A DNA stretch of 64,000 nt. Source: Amoebidium appalachense (Eukaryota; Protista; Ichthyosporea). Where the stretch lies: positions 5,038,907-5,102,906 of the forward strand of contig CAVNZM010000001.1 of NCBI GenBank assembly GCA_963693365.1, given 5' to 3'. The position numbers and the translations under genes were made by a program. Shown in pieces: positions 59,408 through 64,000 of the stretch (its first letter is position 1; each line of letters opens with the position of its first letter). The notes beneath the pieces were generated by a model, which saw nothing but the letters and a program-made list of their open reading frames with translations, was not told the origin of the DNA and searched no databases.

Positions 59408-61048
59408 AAAAATGTTACTAGCGCTCTTCGCCACCAGCGAAGCCATCCTACGCCTTCCCAAGCTCGAGTCTAAGTTTGCATCCACGTAAAGAAAATGAAG
59501 ATTTCACAAATGCATCCCCTCTCCCCCTCCGCCCCTACCCCCACCCACTCCCCCTCCTTCCGACCGGCCCCCCATCGCCCTCCCCCTCCCCCCTCCCCCC
59601 TCCCCCCTGCTCTGCCTGTCGTCATTGTTTATTCTCAACTAACAATTCTATTCCCTGCTCCTGACTCTTCTCCCACTTGCATGCGCTTTCTATATACACT
59701 CTCATCTGAAAACACAGCCAGTCTATTCCTTTTTCCCGTGCACACTTACAGCAAGCTCTTTGACACCCCACCCTTTTGCAGCTCGGTTCAACCCTGCCTG
59801 GAGTGGAGTTTCAACTTGTTCGTGCATCCCAGGGTAGGTCTTGCTTCGTGTCTTCAACATGCAAACAGCAGTTGCAGGAAGCTTTTTATTTATTTATTTA
59901 TATATATATAGGGGGGGGGGGGGGGAGGGGGGGGGGAAGGGGGATAAGGGGGAGGGGGGGGGGGGGAGCGGGAGTAGAAAGGGCGGGTGGGGGGGGGGGG
60001 TTGGAATTGCTGTTTCATTTTTTATTTTGTGTGTTTGTGAAAGGGGGGCCAGGAGGAGGTCGCGAGGCAAAAGTTGGGGGGGGAGGTCTATCTCCACAAC
60101 CACGTTCCCCAACTTTCTTCATAATTCCTTTATTATAACCTGAAAAATGAGTGGTTAACCGTATGTTTCATTGCACACACTACATACCAAACAAGCGAGA
60201 CAAACATTTCAAAATTGTTAGGCTGTTCTACACAATCCACTACCTTTTGCAAGTCCTTCAACTTGGTAAGCACACACACATACCACAGACACACAGACAC
60301 ATCCCCTCACAGGCACGTGCACACAAACACATACACACACATGTGCGCGCGTGCACACACACACACACCCATGTACATGCACACACGCACTCATGCACAC
60401 ACGCGCGCACACACGCGCATTCACGCACACAGGCACATACCCACACAGAGACACCCACACACACACACACACATCCCCACGCACACATGTACGTGAGCAC
60501 CAGCACACGGACACATGCGCTTAGACACAACACATACATACATTGTGGATCTAATTTGTAACATACCTTCAGACCACCCTCTACGATTGTTTCACGGCAT
60601 GGGCACATTTTTATTGGCATCGGGAAAGGTACGTGTACACATCTCCGCATGGTTATGTCCTTAAGATCTGCATGTTGGGCACCCACAGGCCCAAATTTCT
60701 AGCAGCATTTGTGGATAGGTCGGTGCGGTGCATTTGTGCTCACTTGTGCAGGTATCATTTAATTTATAGGTGTGTGAGACACCCAACTATGTCCTTTTTT
60801 TGGTTATTGTTCTAATTTGCTTCACCACACACGAGTAGCACAAATAGACGTACTTAGTTCACATACCCTCCCTCCCTTCCCCTTCCCCCCCCCCCCCCCC
60901 CCCTCCCTTCCTCCCTTCCCCCCTCCCTCCCCACCTCTCCCCCCCCCCCCCTCTTCTGATGATATCTGCCTAAAATGCACTTTTTCTGTGCCTGCACTGT
61001 GCTGCCATCGTGGATAGTACTGCCTACTCTATTCCCCCTGCACCCCCT

Positions 61049-61082
<34 letters not shown>

Positions 61083-62446
61083 ATATCCCGGGCAAACTAC
61101 ACTATACATACACACCCACCCACAAACACACAACACCCAAAAAAACACCGCACACGCAACCGTATAGTGTTTTGCTGGTTTGTTCTTTAAACAGGCTTAT
61201 TTCTCTAGTTTCTTAGTTTGACTTCTTAGGTTTGACTTCTTGTTTTGGTTTATACTTAGACTTGTATTCATGCCAGTATTACAATTGTTCATGAAGAATC
61301 GTCCTGTACGCTGCTATAAACCTGTGAATCTCGAATATTTATGGAATGTGTAATTTGGCCAATAGAGCGTTAGATATGAAATAATGATCTGAAAGAATGC
61401 GATATCGAATTTCTTAGCCAATGGAATGTTAGGAATACACCATCAGAAATTAGACGAATGTTTTTACCTCACCGACTGTATGTACATTAGACACCCGCAC
61501 AGTTTGGCGACACACACACACACACACGCAGTCCACGGTGTACACATCCTGTTTCGTTTGTGCTTTTTAGGGGTAAGCACTGGCCATACATCAGGCACTA
61601 CCAGCACGCATAGCTATAAGGACGCCTGGGGCAGGGACTTAGCGCTAGTCCATTAGGGTGTGTCAATTGCACTCTAAACCTTGAGTAGCTAGGGAGGTGT
61701 GGTGAATGGCCTCCCCAGGTCTCACCTCCTTTTGATGTAACTACTGTTCGGCTGAGCACCTTATGGCAGAGCTGGTTATACGAAACTCTCTATGTACACC
61801 AACAAACACACCACACAACACACAACACATACCTTACAACACCGTGAAACCATACTATATCACTACAACAAATGTAATAACCACCTACCTTTCTTATATG
61901 CTATATTGAGCAGACACCTACACCGACACTAATAGAAATTGTGATAGCTGTTATAGTTTAAGCTTCTGCTTCTTTTTGACTTTTTAGATCGTAAATTTAC
62001 TGAGATGGAGTGTTCTCCCCTGCTGAATCAAGCGCATTCCCCCCCCCCCCCCCCCCCCCCCCTTCCCTTTCCCCCTCCCCTCCCCTCCCCACCCCCCCCC
62101 CCCCCCCCCCTTCCCTTCACCCCCTCCCCTCCCCTCCCCTCCTCCCCCCCCCCCCCCCCCCCCCCCCCCAACCCCAACCCCACCTTACCCCTCCTCCGAC
62201 CTAAGCTACATCCACAACATAAACCCACCCTTCCGTTGTGCCAATAACCCAAATCTGGTTACAAGGCCCATTTCAGGTCTTTCCCTCTATTCCCTTTTTG
62301 ATCATTTTCTTACCACCTGCAACCACAGACAGGCACACCAATACCCGACACTGATGGAGATGACAGTGACAGTGCTATCGTCTACATGCCAGTCCACACG
62401 GGCAGAGAGATGGAGCACATACAGACACTGGGCATCGAAATGGTAC

Positions 62447-62484
<38 letters not shown>

Positions 62485-62632
62485 CCCCGCAACCCGTTCC
62501 CCTCCTCCTTCTTCCCTCTCGTTTCCGTGCTTCCCGATGTTACTACCCGAACATGACTGGAATATATATTCTACATCGCTCTGCTCATTTGCTATTAGGT
62601 TGCCACGCAAGCACTTGTCTCAGCTGTTTGAG

Positions 62633-62674
<42 letters not shown>

Positions 62675-62747
62675 AATAAGAATAATAATAATAATAAGAA
62701 TAATAATAATAATAATGATAATGATAATAATAATAATAATGAAAATA

Positions 62748-62829
<82 letters not shown>

Positions 62830-62842
62830 CAACAACAATAAT

Positions 62843-62876
<34 letters not shown>

Positions 62877-63788
62877 CATTATTATTATTATTAGTAATAA
62901 TAATAACGGTAATAACAACATATATGGTGGTGTATACAAGGATACCAACCACACATATTTTCACGATAGCTTTGCCGAACCTGTAAGAAGCATCTGCATA
63001 CACGTACACACACATATATTTAGGCACACGGAGACGCCCACCCACCGGACACCCAAGCGCACAATAATATCCATACCCCCATTCAAACCCACACATTTAC
63101 TTAACCCGTCTACCTTGCTACCACCCGCCCACACCCACCGATCCCCCTTACCTAAACCACCCCACTTAACCACCCGTGAACACACCCACACGTCTCACAA
63201 CATACACACACGAGAACGCCATACACGCAAGCACAATTGATACACACACACACACATGCCAGATACTCTTTCACACATACATGCACGTCCGCGCGATTGC
63301 ACACACACACATGCACGCACGCACGCACACACGCACTGACGCACGCATGCACGCACGCAAGCACACACGCACACACACATGCATGGACACATGGATGCAC
63401 GCACGCACCCACACACGAACACACGCACGCGTGCACTCGCGCGCGCACACACACACACACACACGTGCACATACACACACATACACACACACACACACAC
63501 CCGTACAACACACACGGACACATATGCTTTATCCCAAACAAAGACACAAAATGCACACATCACTCCACCAACTGACATGCCCACCCACCCGTGCCCACAC
63601 ACATGCCATCCACACCCCCCCCCCCCCCCCCCCCCCCCCCCCCTTTTTCAACCCTCCTCTCCGTTTGCCCACCTGCCCACCGGGTATTCACCCCTCTCTC
63701 CGACCCCCTCTCCCTCCCCGCCTTCCATGCGCCTCCATACACCCACCACAGCTTACTCCCGAAAAGCCATCCATCCGGCAGCTACTCC
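59127..63788 (+). CDS. Hypothetical multi-exon gene, 5' part; continues beyond the window, exon chain incomplete
   Basis: AAACATGG start and GTGAGT donor (59127-59231). Phase-compatible exons 59782-59833 and 60573-60628 give ...APFTLGSTLPGVEFQLVRASQGDHPLRLFHGMGTFLLASGK. Further candidate exons 62333-62442 and 63752-63788 have an unresolved frame. Confidence 0.45.
62672..62915. repeat. Compound trinucleotide repeat (AAT)n-(GAT)n-(AAT/AAC)n-(ATT)n
   Basis: Read directly; the AAT block is followed by its complement ATT block. Confidence 0.95.
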
Positions 63789-64000
63789 GTGCATCCCCAC
63801 CCACCCTTTCCCCCACAAAGGCCAGGTATCTCTCCCACACAACCACTGCCCAATCAATAACCCACACATTGTGTTGCCTTCTCTATAAGCTTATATCTCC
63901 ATATGGAGTTCCCTTGTCCCTTGTTTGAAGTTAACACTCTTGTTTAAGCTCTAATCACGAAGGTGCATAACAGACACACAGAAAGTTCTATCCACATTTG

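Noticed and set aside
61595-61657. Candidate exon ALPARIAIRTPGAG... of the last gene
   Set aside because: All three frames hit TAG before the donor; it cannot be placed without invoking an indel.

Overview
Intron-rich eukaryotic nuclear DNA; the Set1, Con7-like and AVT5/6/7-like genes suggest an opisthokont, possibly unicellular (inference only). Introns and intergenic DNA are saturated with (GT/CA)n, (GA)n and long poly-G/poly-C tracts, so most six-frame ORFs are repeat noise. Splicing exons by hand gives: the 3' part of a Set1/SETD1 H3K4 methyltransferase (+, to 4444); a single-C2H2 Con7-like transcription factor (+, 9363-14564); a signal-anchored glucosidase II beta/PRKCSH-like protein with no MRH domain found (-, ~15.8-21.6 kb); an orphan ~307-aa protein with an amphipathic segment and a tail of clustered acidic W-x-x-hydrophobic (LIR/AIM-like) motifs (+, 23298-29119); two tandem 7-exon paralogs of an unknown helical/ARM-like ~630-aa protein, one heavily disrupted (32299-38981) and one intact except for a missing G at a site also shifted in the first copy (46873-53559); a cluster of nested non-autonomous elements between the paralogs; an intronless, disrupted AVT5/6/7-type amino-acid transporter (-, 55802-57294); MITE-like elements; and the start of a poorly resolved gene that runs off the end. 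Many frameshifts sit in homopolymers, so assembly error cannot be excluded. No rRNA, tRNA or CRISPR array could be supported.
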